Shown piece after piece: positions 1 to 17,120 of a DNA stretch of 64,000 bases. Below the pieces are notes generated by a model. It was not told the origin of the DNA. It ran no database searches and was given only the letters and a program-made list of their open reading frames with translations. Every line of letters starts with the position of its first letter. Position 1 is the stretch's first letter. Made by a program: the position numbers and the translations under genes. Where the stretch lies: assembly GCF_009914755.1 (NCBI RefSeq), contig NC_060932.1. One strand, written 5' to 3'. The stretch comes from the human T2T-CHM13v2.0 reference genome, Homo sapiens.

Positions 1-239
1 TTTTCCTTGTCAACTTCCATTAGCATATTCTGCTATTTTCACTTCCTGACACTCATCATCTCTCCTTTGGGCATATGCTCACAGGGTTTTTACTGCCCAG
101 ATCTGTTCACATTCCCCTACTCTCTTCTTCCACCCCCTTCTCCCAGTTAATCCCACTTATTCTTCATGGTTTTTTTTTTACCTCTTGTCACTTTTTTAAA
201 GAAACCTACATTGACCAGTCTTCCTTTGTACTGTATGTT

Positions 240-420
240 CATTAGCACCCTTGCAATGTTCCCTTTTGTAGCCCTCAGCAAACTTGGCTGACATTGCTTG
301 TTTATTGTGTGTGTCATCCATAAAACTATACATAGCTTCACAGGAGGGACTTTGTATTGTTTTTCACTGAGTCCTCCACAGTCTAGTACATAGTATGTAA
401 GCAAGAGTTGAACAAAAAAC
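240..420 (+). mobile_element. L2 LINE 3' end fragment (ancient)
   Basis: Degenerate match to the L2 3' terminus (agcttcacaggagggactttgtattgtttttcactga...tctagtacatagta). Boundaries approximate. Confidence 0.5.
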
Positions 421-1739
421 TGAAAACTGTCATTATTTAAGGCTTAAGTTAACAAAATTTCAACAGCTCCCAAACCATGAACTCTAATTTTTGTAATAAT
501 TAGCATTATGTTTGCTTTTTTATTCTATTTCTCTTGGCAGTTTGCAATGGTAGGACTTATAGTGAATGTTCACAGAGGAAAAAAATAGTAGGAAAATAAA
601 TGGGGTACTCCTGGACACTTAGGTGATGAAAAATACAAAATTTTTAAAAATCAGGATTAGATTTAACACATTCTGACTAGTTCAGAGATTTTTTTTTGAA
701 ACCATATGCTTATTACCATATTTTTCTGCCATTTTCTTTTCTTTTCTATTTCAATTTTAGCAGACACACACAGTTCACTTCCAATTTTAGGTATGGTACA
801 AGAAATTTAACATATTTTTTCAGAAGCAAGGAAATTAATTTTTTGCATTTTCACTGACTTTTAGCATAAAACTACATACCCATGAGACATCAACAACAAC
901 AACAAAAAAGCAAAACCATATAGTCTGAGCTTGAATATGACTAGATGAAAATTAAAACTATATGTTTTAAGAAAAGGCCACAAAATGACCTAAATTCATC
1001 CTCAGTTTATAAAAAGTATGGAGCAGTATTACAGGCAATAATGAAGAAGGTAAATAAAAACAGTGCGAACAAACTTAAAAGTGTTTCCAAATATTTACAT
1101 TTGCTTAGAGATTCTAGAAGAAAGTACTGATTTAAGCATTAGGCAATGAATGAGCACTTTTAATAACAATACAATACTGACACAAAGAGAAACAATCAGA
1201 AGACAGCTGCTTCTGTTCTGAAAAGCATGTGGAGTGTACACATTTGGCTTCAAAAGATAAAATGAAATTCTTGCTGGAAAAAAAAAGAAAAGAAAAGAAA
1301 ACAAGCATCAAGAGGCACAGTGTGTTGGGTAGAAGACAAAGATGAAGATTGATGATTACTTTTATAACGGTGATGCCACAAAATATTGAGACCCTGGGAG
1401 CCATCCTCAACCCAAACCTATGAGGTTGGGCTATCCATCTCTCATTTTCCTATAAAATGTGCACATAATATTTTAAAGCTCTAAAAATTACTCCGAGGCA
1501 TAGAATAAATAAGCTGTACTTCTGTTATCTCTACATTTCCTAAGTGCTGTGTGTTATGAGAAGTAATAAAAGCTTACAGAGACGTGGGCAGAATAGGAAA
1601 CAGCAATACAACAAGGCATAAATCCCCGAACCCTTATCAGAAGGAGTAAGCCAGTTTGGCCATCTGTAAAATGGGCTTGTGTAGCTGAATGAATTTGTAT
1701 GGTCCTGTTAAGACCGACCTATTCATTATGTAATAAATA

Positions 1740-3120
<1,381 letters not shown>

Positions 3121-3523
3121 GCCTTCAAGGGAGAACAAGATCTAAATAAACATTCCCTAACTCTAGAACTGTTGGGAGGCGATAATCTCTGATCCAAGTC
3201 TCAGATATTAAGAAGTGAATATTCATCTGGCTGCTATTGTGAATGAACAGCAAAGAGTATTGAACACACAAAAGTGAAAGACGCATTTCTTTTTCTTCAA
3301 TAAGCTCAATAACTGATTGGTGAGAAAAAAAAGTTATTTTAAAACCAGAGTGCTAAGTTCAATATGAGATGCAGATCTGACGTAGGAACTGAGATTACAC
3401 AGGAGAAGAGAGATTAGCTATTTGGAGAAAGGAAGACAGAGAGAGCCTCTTGGATAAGGTATACTAACTAGGCAAGAGGTGCTCAGAAAGAAAACCTAGG
3501 ATACATGTGTCCTAGGTGAGATG

Positions 3524-5001
<1,478 letters not shown>

Positions 5002-5483
5002 TGGGTCAGGTTGTCTACGTGGGGATTCACATATTGAAGTATAACCTGAACTAGATGTCCTCTTGCCAACGATGTTATCTCCACCCCCATCAGGTGCTGA
5101 GACAAGCATCCTTCCTGTTGTGTATCCCTGTTTGCTTGTGCAAAGATGTGTGCCTGCCTGTGAGTGTGTATGTGTGTTCAATAGATGATTACTTTCCACT
5201 TGATTAAAAAGATAAAATATAAACATCTAGGCCATTCAAGCTGAAGCATGTTAGTTAAAATAACTCATCTCTCTGCTTTGTCTCACATTCTCTGTGCACA
5301 TCTCTCTGGATGGCCCAGTGGGTAAGGGCACAATGGTATTAGCTCCAGGCTTGTGTTATGGTGCCTTAATGCACTGCACATCTGCCTAAGTCCCATGCTA
5401 AATCCTTCCAGAACCACAATTCCTTCATCCCTGATAATTAACAGCTAAGTTATTTAATTCCATGCATAATAATTGGCTCTTGG

Positions 5484-5792
<309 letters not shown>

Positions 5793-6694
5793 TTATCGGA
5801 AATTATTGTATAAAATATTGTATGATTGAGATAGCTATTCATGTTATGCAGAATGAATATGAGGCAAGAAGCAAAAATAATATTGCTTTGTTTTCAAAAT
5901 AAAAAGATGAGGTGATAATATAAGCACACTGGGTTGCCATGGGAATCAAGGAAATTAAGTGAATACAAAGATGCAAAACTAGTATTTGTTAAGTGCACAC
6001 CATGCAAGAAGCATTCTTCCAGGTAGACAATTCTTTTAGGTAGGAATTTCAGGGGACTGAAATTGAGACTGAGAGAGGTCAAGCAAAGGACTCAAAGTCA
6101 CACAGCCAGCAGTTGGTGGAGCCAGTCTCCCTGCACCATGTCCGAAGGCTGAGCCTGTGCTTATCTTGCTGTCCAACACTGCCTCCCAGTGGTCTCCCTT
6201 ACCCTCCACATCAAATCCGTCACACACCTTAGAGATTTTAGCTTCCGATTCTCTCTGGTTCACCCTACTTTTTTATTACTATTGCCCTAATTCAGCCTCT
6301 CAGCAGCAGCGGAACTGGCCTTCTCCAAATTTCCTTCTTTATTTCACCTGCCACAAAAATATGTGCCTTTTACAATGTAGAACCCACAGTCCTGCCAGTT
6401 TGAATTTTTTTCAGTGACTTCCCACTCTTCATGAAGAATTTCAAAACACATTAGGCTAGTGACTAAGACAACACGCAGATTGTCTTTAGCCTAGCTTTCC
6501 AGCATGATATGGTACAAAGATGCTAATCTCAACTAATGCCCCTACACACACATATCATGAATCATTGGTAAGTTTGAATTCATTCTGGGTACCTCACTTA
6601 AGTGGTGGAGTCTGAGTATTACTAATAATACATTCTTTTATTTTTTTCGTGCAAGAACTATTTTTGTGCTTTCTTTATTGTAGGATGCTTTAGC

Positions 6695-7342
<648 letters not shown>

Positions 7343-7917
7343 TAAATCTACATGATTTAAAATCTATATTTAAATCTATCTATTTGTGTGTATCTGTAAA
7401 GTGTTTATTGAAACTGGATTTAAGAAATAAATATAAATGCCAAATTATAGCAGTGTTTATGGATAAAATGGAAAGTTTTTATGATTTATTGAAATGAAGA
7501 CAGGAACAATAACATGAATAATAACTCTAGGATAGGCAAATAATCTAGGAGTGGGCACATTGCTCCCATGTTCCTGATGTAGTGTGGTATACTGCCCGGG
7601 GGGCCTGAACCTAGAATATATTGTAAAATGGTAACTAGGGGATCTCTTATTACATGCTGTGCCTTCTTCATATCTAAATGGGAAGTTCTCATAACCTAGA
7701 TATTTTGGAGCCTCATGCACTATAGTATCTGTAAAATCACATATTAGTCTGAAATTCAAACTGGCCTGGAATTAAATTCTATCAGGCTCTCTACGATCTC
7801 CTGAAAACGAAAGGGATTAATAGCAGAGGTAGGATTTCCTGTTTACCATTTGACAACATGCAATCTTTATTTATGTCTTTGAATAGGTTTTTATTTTTCT
7901 CACTGACGAAAATGTTC

Positions 7918-8036
7918 TGTGGAAGGCTAAATAATGGCCACAATTGTGTTTAAGTTTAAATCTCCAGAAACTGTGAACACATTACCTGGCCTGGTAAGAG
8001 GGATTTGCAGATGTGATTAGAAGTTGAGGATCTTGA
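7918..8036 (+). mobile_element. MLT1 (MLT1D-like) MaLR LTR, 5' ~120 bp only
   Basis: tgtggaaggctaaataatggcc...ctgtgaacacattacct...ggatttgcagatgtgattag...ggatcttga matches the MLT1D start. It stops at the Alu. Confidence 0.75.
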
Positions 8037-8364
8037 CGGGACACCGTGGCTCACGTCTGTAATCCCAGCACTTTGGGAGGCCGAGGCAGGTGGATCACGA
8101 GGTCAGGCGTTCGAGACCAGCCTGACCAACATGGTAAAAGCCCGTCTCTACTAAAAATACAAAATTAGGCAAGCGTGGTGGCGCATGCCTGTAATCCCAG
8201 CTACTCAGGAAGGCTGAGTCAGGAGAATCGTTTGAACCTAGGAGGCGGAGGTTGCGGTGAGCCGAGATCACGCCACTGCACCACTGCACTCCAGTCTAGG
8301 CAACAAGAGCAAAACTCCATCTCAAAAAATAAATAAATAAATAAAATAAATAAAAGAAAAAAAA
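8036..8364 (+). mobile_element. AluS, apparently chimeric (Sg-like left arm, Sp right arm)
   Basis: Left arm ggatcacgaggtcagg. Right arm gcgcatgcc, gttgcggtga, caacaagagcaaaact. Internal ccactgca duplication. No TSD found. Confidence 0.9.
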
Positions 8365-9429
8365 CAATATATTTTTGTATAATAAGTAGGTTAGAAATCT
8401 TGTAGCACTTGGTAGCACTTTTGCATATTTGAGCCAAGAATGATACTGTTTTGATAAATGTTTATTCTCTACAAATATTGGCAATAACAGGAAAATCAGA
8501 AAGTGGCTGAAATTTTGCCAGGCGTACCACTCATCTTATTCATTGTGTATGAACTGTAGAGAACAATTATTTTGAACTCTTTATCAATCAGATAAATCAC
8601 ATAATAAGGTTGAGCCAGTACAAGTTGTTTGTCTAATTTGTTGAAAGCATTTGTAGCTGGATTTATGGACTCTGCTCTATTTGCTTCTCGAGAAAGCAGA
8701 GTGATGGTTTAGGTGGAGCCTTCTGGGAGGCATGAACCGGTGTCAATCCAAATAAATCTCTCCAATGCAAAGCAAATGAATGGAATGAGCCATGTAGCTG
8801 ACTCAGAGTTCTTTAAGTAATTGGGACATTCTCAAGTTTCCTGGAGCAGTTTTCTAAGGTCATTCCAAGCCTCCAATTTAGGCATCATCTCACTTTATTT
8901 TCAAAGTGTCAGTTTGGATGACACCTTCATTAAAACCATTATGAATTTAATAATGATGATAATTCCAGAAACTGACAGCTTAGTGGCATTAGGGAAAGAT
9001 GGGCTTTTGCTAATTTATACATTTTGGTGTGCTGTCAAGATGGAAGGCTGCCCAATTCACTCTGCCCCAGCTCATTCCTGGCATCTTTTCCTTTAGCATG
9101 ATCAATGTCATAACCAGCCCCCCTGGTCAACTCAAGTATTAACAGAACCTTAGGCGACTATGATCTTAGTTTCCCCACTGTCCTCACATCTACCAGTTTT
9201 TACTTTCTATAATTTCGAATTTAAAGATACCTTTCAATCCCCTTCTCCACTTCCGCTGCCACTAACTTCAGAAGCAGACATCAAGCCCTGTCTAAAGAGG
9301 CACAGGCTGCTTGGCTTCTTCATGTTTCTAAAGTCACCTGTCAAAGTCACACTGCTCACAAAAATAAGCAAAAAACAGCGAAACCACATTAAAGACACCT
9401 ATAAATAATAAAAGCCTGAGTGTACAAAA

Positions 9430-10180
9430 AGGTTTGGGACTTGTTTCAGAATTGAGATATAACAATGGGACAAAATTAGAAGTGCAGAAACAGGTCAGAG
9501 AGAGAGGAAGTCTGTATTTTTTTATTAAATTTAAACACTTTTTTCTGAAAGAGAGGAGGTAACATTTCAAATCTCAGAAATGGGATGGATTTATTAACAA
9601 ATAATCCTAAGAAGACTGTTAAATTATTTGGAAAAAAAAACCTCTGGTACTTAATTCAAGTATCTACCAATGCAATTTCAAATTTAAAATGTTACTAATA
9701 AAATTTTAAAAGCACTATGAAGAAAATAAATAACTTTAACCAAAGGCTGGAGAATGCCTCTCTAAGAATAATACCATAGGGAAAAAATAAAGAAAAGTAT
9801 ATCTAGATTTGATGAAATGAAACTATAAAATTGTCATACATTATAAGATATAAAATATTTAAAACCAACAGCAAATTAGGAAAAATATATTTCAAACACG
9901 TAGGAAAGATATAGAGTTAATATATTTAAATGGCTTTAATAAATCAGAAAAGCAAGTCCCTAATAAAATAAGCTAAGAAGAAACACTCACACATACAGAC
10001 ACACTACACACACACATAAAATTTCATGGAACAAAAATGTATAATAAAAATATTAACAAGTTTTTAATTTAACTAGTAAAAGCAAATATAACTTAATTTA
10101 AAAAAAAATTATTGTTTTTATTGCCTATCAAATTGGCGAGATTAAACATAAAATACCTAGTGCTGATTCAGATATACTGT
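9430..10180 (+). mobile_element. Ancient L1M (L1ME-like) ORF2 3' region fragment
   Basis: A-rich degenerate L1 phrases (gatttattaacaaataat..., gcaaattaggaaaaatatatttcaaac, gcctatcaaattggc). Confidence 0.55.
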
Positions 10181-11261
10181 TCCTCCCACTTAAATTGAAA
10201 ATAATCTACATTGTAGATTTTTGAAGAAAAATCTAAATTTAAAACTCTATTTTGAAGTTTCTTCTAGAAATTGGCTACTACCTAGACCAACTCTGCATTG
10301 CTGTCTCAGAATATAAACTTAGCAAGAAAAGCAGCTGAAGGTGTATAAATATATTAACGCAAGTAACCTAGCACAGTGAGCCCTCTACAGTAAGCCTCCT
10401 GCTGTACCCAGTGCTGGGATGGCTCTAGGAAAAAAAAAAAAATGCCCGACCCATCCAGAATGTAAAACTGGGGCTATGGAGGCCTTCACCTCCTGTCTCC
10501 TAGTCTCTCAGTTCAACAGGCTGCCCTTGCTTCTCCATGAGGCTGCCTTCATCATGCCACAATTAACTGTGCTGTGTAAGCAGAGCATGAGTGTGCTTTG
10601 ATCACTAGTTGATCCCTAGCACCAACCAGAATGTCTGGCTCTTTAGATGTGTTAAAAAAAAAATGTGTAGTGATTTCAAAAATCGTTTTGGCCATTCTTG
10701 AGCATATCTGTAAATAGGTCAATTAGCTGAAAGATCAGGGCTTTTCAGAAGCATATTCACAGAAGTTGAAGTTCTCCTGAATGTGGTAAAGACACAATCA
10801 TGACCACTATTCGAAGCCAATGCTTGAAACTGCTCAGACACTCTCTGTTGCTCACACCTGTGTGAGGACAAAAAGGGGTATTAAGAAAAACATCCACAGA
10901 TTGTTCATCTATTTTCAGAGCTAGGGAGCTCAAGTTAGAAAACTCTGTGGCAGCACCACCACTAAACAGTGTAAAAGGGCAGTTCCGGCATCATCTCTGT
11001 TGTTTGTAGAATGAGTATGTTCCTGAGTTTCTAGGGTCTACAACTCAAAAGAGATGCAGTTGCAGTTGCTGTTAGAAGGTAACACTGCAGATAAAATAAA
11101 ATACAATTGCAAAATTGTATCCTGGGAAGGACATTAAGAAGACTTTATTAAAATTTCCCTCCCTATTCTAGTTAATATAAAAGAAAATAACAACCTTAGA
11201 TTGAATGTGTCTTAACTAAGGTCACAGAGAAAGCTCCTTCCTTCCTTCCCTCCTTCTTCCT

Positions 11262-11374
11262 TAACTAACCTGCACATTGTGCACATGTACCCTAAAACTT
11301 AAAGTATAATAATAATTAAAAATAAATAAATAAAAGTTCTTAGAAAAAAAAAGACCTTAAAAAAAAAAAAAAAA
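11262..11374 (+). mobile_element. Extremely 5'-truncated young L1PA (L1PA2/3-like) 3' end with composite tail
   Basis: taactaacctgcacattgtgcacatgtaccctaaaacttaaagtataat matches the L1PA 3' terminus. Followed by A-rich tracts. Confidence 0.9.
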
Positions 11375-12346
11375 CTCCTTGTAGTAAAGAGAAGGATCAT
11401 CGAAGTCCCAAGCTCCTCAGAGCTGGTTGGTGCAGGCACTGAAGGAGGCCAAGGGGCTCAGACACCGATACAGACTTTTGATGAGTGAACAGGGACCAAA
11501 TATTTTCTTCACATCTATGGAAGCTTATTATCTAGATAGGGGTAGAACGCTGTCTACATTCTAATTTTGGGTAATTGACAGAGTACACACTTGAATGTTT
11601 TAGAGGAATCTCCTAAGTATTTCTACCTCTTATAATGTAAGCTCCAATAGGAAAATTACGGCATAAAGAGGAGAGAGAGAGATCACAGCTCACCTTCAAA
11701 TTATTTAACCAGGAATCCAACATGTTTAGGAATGTTTGTAATTATCTATGGAGCACAACCACCAGGGGCAAATTTTGATCAGAGACAGAAAATCCACCTG
11801 AGAAAGAACTCACCCTGAGTTGGTTATTAAAAATGGAAATTATCTAACTCAAACTTCTGGCAGTTAATCACTGTGGACTCAAATTATGGATCCTTGGGAA
11901 AGTGGCTCCCATTAGACATGAAAATACAAACTGCCCTTTCTCTAAAACTTCCAGGCACATAAGAAACGTCAACCTCTAATTGCAGCACAAGGCTCCGAGC
12001 CTTCGTAATGATGGTAGAAAATGACAGTGGTTTGGAGAGTTCTGGGACACACCTCTGAAGCACATGTCAGGCACTCTGCAGGAATTCTGAGGTATGTTGG
12101 TAGTAACTGAGAATTGGCAGAAGATTCTTCTTTACCAGCACTCAAAAGGAAAGAATACTATGTTAATTGAACTGATACTAGGATGCTGATTGTGACCTGG
12201 TTCCAAGTATGTTGTATAAACATGTGTCAACATGTCTTATTCTCCTATCAGTCCTTCCAATTTAACCTCCTGATTCCAAGTTCATGGAGATATCAGAACA
12301 AGACTAGTTTCTTTTATTTTCTTTCTTTTTCACATGGGTACTTGGA

Positions 12347-12478
12347 GTGGTAACTACATAGTCTTTCATCCAAACCATGATAGTTTTCAGAATGAAAAGG
12401 TAATCTGTGTAAAATTAAGCTAGAACGGTGTCTATGAACTAGAACAGCTCCATCAAAGGGATATATGTAGTCATTCTG
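12347..12478. mobile_element. MER96-like hAT MITE (degenerate)
   Basis: ggtaactacatagtctttcatccaaaccatgatagttttcagaatgaaaagg...atatgtagtcattct resembles the MER96 consensus. Confidence 0.4.
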
Positions 12479-12788
12479 GAATTTGGCGCTAGCAAGTTCT
12501 TAGAATTTCAAAGCAGACTCTGGTTGGTAGGCAGATACTTAAGGGGATAGATCATGTTTGTTTGTGTTTTGAACCTAAGACGTATTCTTCAGCACAGTTT
12601 TGCAGAGAAGTCTACTCAGGGATATCAAATACTAACATCAAAGTACCTGTCACTAATATTGTTGAATATTTTTATATTGTCTTTTGTCACAGAAGAAGTG
12701 GTTGGGAAAGCAGAAATGAAGAATACCTATATTTTCTGGCCTTGGTATAATCTGATAGAATCCCAATCCAAACTATTCTAGTGTCTGT

Positions 12789-13292
12789 TGTTATGGTTAA
12801 TTTTATTTATGTGTTAACTGAGCCATGGATGCCCAGATATGTGGTTAAACATTACTTCTGGATGTGTCTGTGAGGGTGTTGCTGAAAGAGATTAACATGT
12901 GAATTAGTGCACCGACTCTCCCATCCAATTTGTTGAGAGACTAAATAGAACAAAAAAGTGGAGGAAAGTGAATTAACTTTGTCTGACTGTTTGAACTGGG
13001 ATATCAATTTTCTCTTGCCCTCAATACTCCTGATTCTCAGGCTTTCATGCCTGGACTGGAATCTACACCATTGGCTCTTGGCCTATTAGGCTGTTGAACC
13101 CCTGCTGCTAGCTTTCCTGCCTCTCCTCCTTGCAGAAGGTAGATCTTGAGTCTTTTTAGCCTCCATAATTGCATGAACAGACACCTTATAATAAATCTCT
13201 TCCTGGATATCTATGTCTCCATCTTTCTATCTTTTTCTGTATATCTACATATCCTATTGGTTCTGTTTCTCTAGGGCACCCTGACTAAGACA
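12789..13292 (+). mobile_element. MLT2 (MLT2D-like) ERV-L solo LTR
   Basis: TG...CA ends (tgttatggttaatttt ... cctattggttctgtttctctagggcaccctgactaagaca). Internal gcccagatatgtggttaaacatt, aataaatctct. Confidence 0.88.
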
Positions 13293-14174
13293 GTAGTAAA
13301 CTTGTTTTTTGTTTCAGGGTCCAGAGTCACCTGTGCATTCCTATTAAGCAATGGTACAGCTCTTCTGCTTGCATTTTCTCATTTAATGAACAAAACTATC
13401 CAACAAAATGTGTTTTCCTTTTTGTTTTCAAATACTTCATATATTTTCTAGATGATATGTCTAATCCACATGTTTTCATTGACAATTGATAGTTATCAAT
13501 CAGCAAAGAACCCAAGCATGAAAATGGCTATGAAAATCTGGTTCTGTCAGTGCTAGTGGATCCAATGGCGCATGCTCATCAAGGAGAGCGTACAGGGAAT
13601 AAGCTCTAAGATGGCATGATTTTTCCTGTCTGTCCTAAAAATATTAATCCTAACTTTTCATTATTTTGGTTGAGTGGTTAATGTATTTTAAGGGTGGGAG
13701 TTTCAGTGAGAGAGAATTGTATAATGCGTCATGTTGGAAAGTGTTTCTTTGGAAATGCATGTCTCATGCCAAAGGTATTTATCCTTTTTGAGACTTGATA
13801 CAGTTTGGCCCATGTTGCATGTTGTACACTGGCTTCAGTAGAATAAAGAGAACAGCACTTCAGTAAAATAAACATACCTACTTAGGAATTAGGTGGAATT
13901 TGAAAATGAAATGCATGAAAACACCAAGTAAAATGACAGGCTATTATGTTCTTGTTGTATTTTTTAATATTTTTCAGTTATATTGGGATGGAGAAGAACA
14001 TGCCACACAGTTGTAATTGTCTGTCTACATGACTCTATTTGCCTTTCTCTCCTTTTTCTTCTAAAAAATACCCGTTAGTATCCCAATGAAATATAAATTT
14101 AAGTTCCACCCACGTTGAAAATGGAAGTACTAGCCTTTTTTTAAAGAAAATAATCTCTTGAAAGTTTTCTTCAC

Positions 14175-14400
14175 TGATTAAATATGTGCTTTGGGTCTAC
14201 AAACCTGGGTCCAATTCCAAGTTGATCTCTTGAATCTGTGTGTCCTCATCAGTTTCCCTTAACCTATCTGGGCTTTGATTTCTTCAGCTGTTAAGTGGTG
14301 AGAGTGTTTACCATGGGCACTTCTTGTGAATTTGTTTTTACATGACAAATATAAAATACTTATCAACATGTGTGACACCAAGTAGATGATCAGAAATTTG
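14175..14400 (+). mobile_element. MIR SINE
   Basis: gctttgggtctacaaacctgggtccaattcc...cttaacctatctgggctttgatttcttcagctgttaagtgg MIR core. Confidence 0.65.
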
Positions 14401-14442
14401 ATATAAAAAGCTACTCTAATACTAATACTGACCCTAGTAAAA

Positions 14443-14640
14443 TCAGTGTTTCCTAGTGGAGTGCCCAGGGACATTGCGTATCAATTTATCAAAGTTCTCA
14501 GTGAAAATCGAGATTCCTGGGTCTGACACTACACTGCTAAAGCATAGGCTTGCAGGCGAGAAGGCACAAAAATCTTCAGTTTAACAAGATCTGTGTGTCT
14601 TCTTTATACCCATAAACATTTTAAGAAGACTTGTTCTAGC
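14443..14640. mobile_element. MER5A/B hAT-Charlie MITE
   Basis: cagtgtttcct...gtgaaaatcgagattcctgggtc...aatcttcagtttaacaag...ttaagaagacttgttctag. Confidence 0.55.
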
Positions 14641-15196
14641 TTTCCTTAGTAATCTCGACTTCATCACTTTTTTTTTAACTTCTAGTGATTTTTTAAACAT
14701 TTATTTATAATTCGATCTTTCAAACCTTTTATTTAGACTTCCATTAAAATAAACATTACATAAAGTTTTATAGCAAAACAGAAAAAAGCAACCATCCCAG
14801 CTGGGGAATGCAGCCAAAAATGTTATGTTTTCAGTCATCACAAACATGTTATCAAGGAAAACTACAGCAATGAAGCAATTATACAGAAAAACTAATGGAA
14901 AACATACTAATTATCTAAATTGTTCAGGTGAGAGAATTTTTTTCTTTCTGTTTAATTTTCCTTTCTTTAATTAACTGACAAATGGGCAGAAACCCTAACC
15001 TTGGTTTATCACATGATGTTAAAATCAAAGTTTTGTCTAACACAAATACCAAAATGAAATACTAGACAAATGCAACTTTGTTTTTCAAGTTAAGTTTTTG
15101 AGAACTAGTTAGATGCATAAGTGCTCTTCCCATAGAAAGAGTGTTAAAGTGTTGAGGATTGAATGTGACAGATTTTTTTAAATTGTGTTTTATTTC

Positions 15197-15455
15197 AATT
15201 TTTAAATAGCTTGATCAGGATATGATTGACATACAATAAGCAATGCATATTTAAAGCATACCATTTGATCAAATTTAAAATGTATCCATGCCTGTAAGAC
15301 CACTTTCATAATTAATATATTTAATATATTCATTAACTCTAAGAATTTCCGTCTGCTCTTTTATAATACATCCCTCGTTCCCTAAGCCCTTCCCTCCCAT
15401 CCCTAGGCAACTGTTGATATTTCTCTTTCATGATAAATTAATTTGTATTTTCTTT
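15197..15455 (-). mobile_element. L1MB 3' end fragment
   Basis: ttttaaatagcttgatcaggatatgattgacatacaataag...ccatccctaggcaactgttgat...taaattaatttgtattttct is typical of an antisense L1MB 3' UTR. Confidence 0.75.
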
Positions 15456-15985
15456 TTCTCTTTTTATTTTGTATTTGGTAAATGGAGAGATGAGTTTTAA
15501 AGAATTATTTTTGGGGCAGAGCTCTACTGTAAGTGCTGACCACCCACCACAGAGAGAGAGGTACTACCTTTCTCCCAAGTCAAGTTAAGGAGACAAGGAG
15601 TTCACTGCATGCCTCCTGTAGGCTGGGGGCCATGGAATTCTTGTGTTTGAGTCACACTGGAGAGAACCAACAGGTAAGAGGCTGAATAGAGCAGCTGAAG
15701 AAAGGGCTGGGTTTAGGAAGAAAGTATGGTACCAAACTTTTAAAGCTAAAATGTTTCACAAGTATTCTCCCATGGGCCAGACATAGACTGCATGATCTAA
15801 AGAAATTCTTTACAGGAGGCTCCCCTAGAAGGAAGAGGTGCCTGAGCAGGGAAGCTGGAGTAGAGTCTTGCATGCCTAGGGACTGTGAGAGAGTGAATAA
15901 AGAGGGATGCCAGCCTAAAGAGGGATGCTTTATCATGCCAAGAAAAATAGAGAGAAGGCATCTGAGGAATTCTGCTCCTGGGGTT

Positions 15986-16359
15986 TCATATGGTTTGACT
16001 CTGTGTCCCCACTCAAATCTTATCTTGAATTGTATTGTACTCCCATAATTCCCATGTGTTGTGGGAGGGACCAGTGGGAGATAATTGAATCATGGGAGTG
16101 GATCTTTCCGTGCTGTTCTTGTTATAGTGAATGGGTCTCACAAGATCTGATGGTTCCAAAAACAGGAGTTTCTTTGCACAAGCTCTCTTTTTTGCCTGCT
16201 GCCATCCACGTAAGATGTGATTTGCTCCTTCTTGCCTTCCGCCGTGATTGTGAGGCCTCCCCAGCCATGTGGAACTGCAAGTCCAATAAACCTCTTTCTT
16301 TTGTAACTTGTCCAGTCTCAAGTATGTCTTTTTTAGCAGTGTGAAAATGGACTAATACA
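15986..16359 (+). mobile_element. THE1A MaLR solo LTR
   Basis: tcatatggtttgactctgtgtcccc...tgtactcccataattccc...gccatccacgtaagatgtg...ggactaataca. Perfect 5-bp TSD GGGTT at 15981-15985 and 16360-16364. Confidence 0.93.
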
Positions 16360-16765
16360 GGGTTCAGCCTTAAATATCTGCCACATGCAGAGTTTTGCGA
16401 AGTTCTACATCAGTACTGAAACGTCAGCCACATGGGAACGTGCATGCCCCCCTTCTTTCCTTTGTTTCCCTTGTTTAACCCAGGAGCAGCCTTTATTAAT
16501 TTCCTGTTCCTGCTGTAACAAATTAGCAGCACATAGTTAGTTGCTTAAGTGTGATTAACGTATAATAAAAAAAGCATACCATTTGATCAGATTTAAAGTG
16601 TATCTATGCCTGTAAGACCACTTCCATAATTAAGGTATTTAATGTATTCATTAATTCTAAAAATTTCCTTCTGCCATTTTATACTACATCTCTCCTTCCT
16701 TATGCCCTTCCCTCCCATCCTTAGGCAATTGTTGATCCTTCTGCTGTCCCTGTCCATTAGTTTGC

Positions 16766-17120
16766 CATATATATATATGCCTATATATGTGTGTGTATAT
16801 ATATAGGTGTGTGTGTATATATATGTATATATGTGTGTGTGTATATATATCATTTTACCATATATGTGTGTGTGTGTATATATATGGTATACATATATAT
16901 AAAGATATATATATAGTATACATATATATATAAAGATATATATATATGGTATACATATATATAAAGATATATATATGGTATACATATATATAAAGATATA
17001 TATATGGTATACATATATATAAAGATATATATATGGTATACATATATATAAAGATATATATATGGTATACATATATATATAAAGATATATATATATCTTT
17101 CCTTTTACACATATATATAT
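16766..17120. repeat. (TA)n/(TG)n microsatellite with about seven copies of a 29-bp unit ggtatacatatatataaagatatatatat
   Basis: Unit starts at 16886, 16915, 16948, 16977, 17006, 17035 and 17064. Confidence 0.95.

Noticed and set aside
10203-10235. Overlapping 8- and 9-bp inverted repeats (aatctaca-t-tgtagatt; tagattttt-gaag-aaaaatcta)
   Set aside because: Short and AT-rich; plausible by chance.
16886-17095. Regularly spaced 29-bp repeats superficially like a CRISPR array
   Set aside because: No unique spacers and no cas genes, in a primate context. It is a simple tandem repeat.
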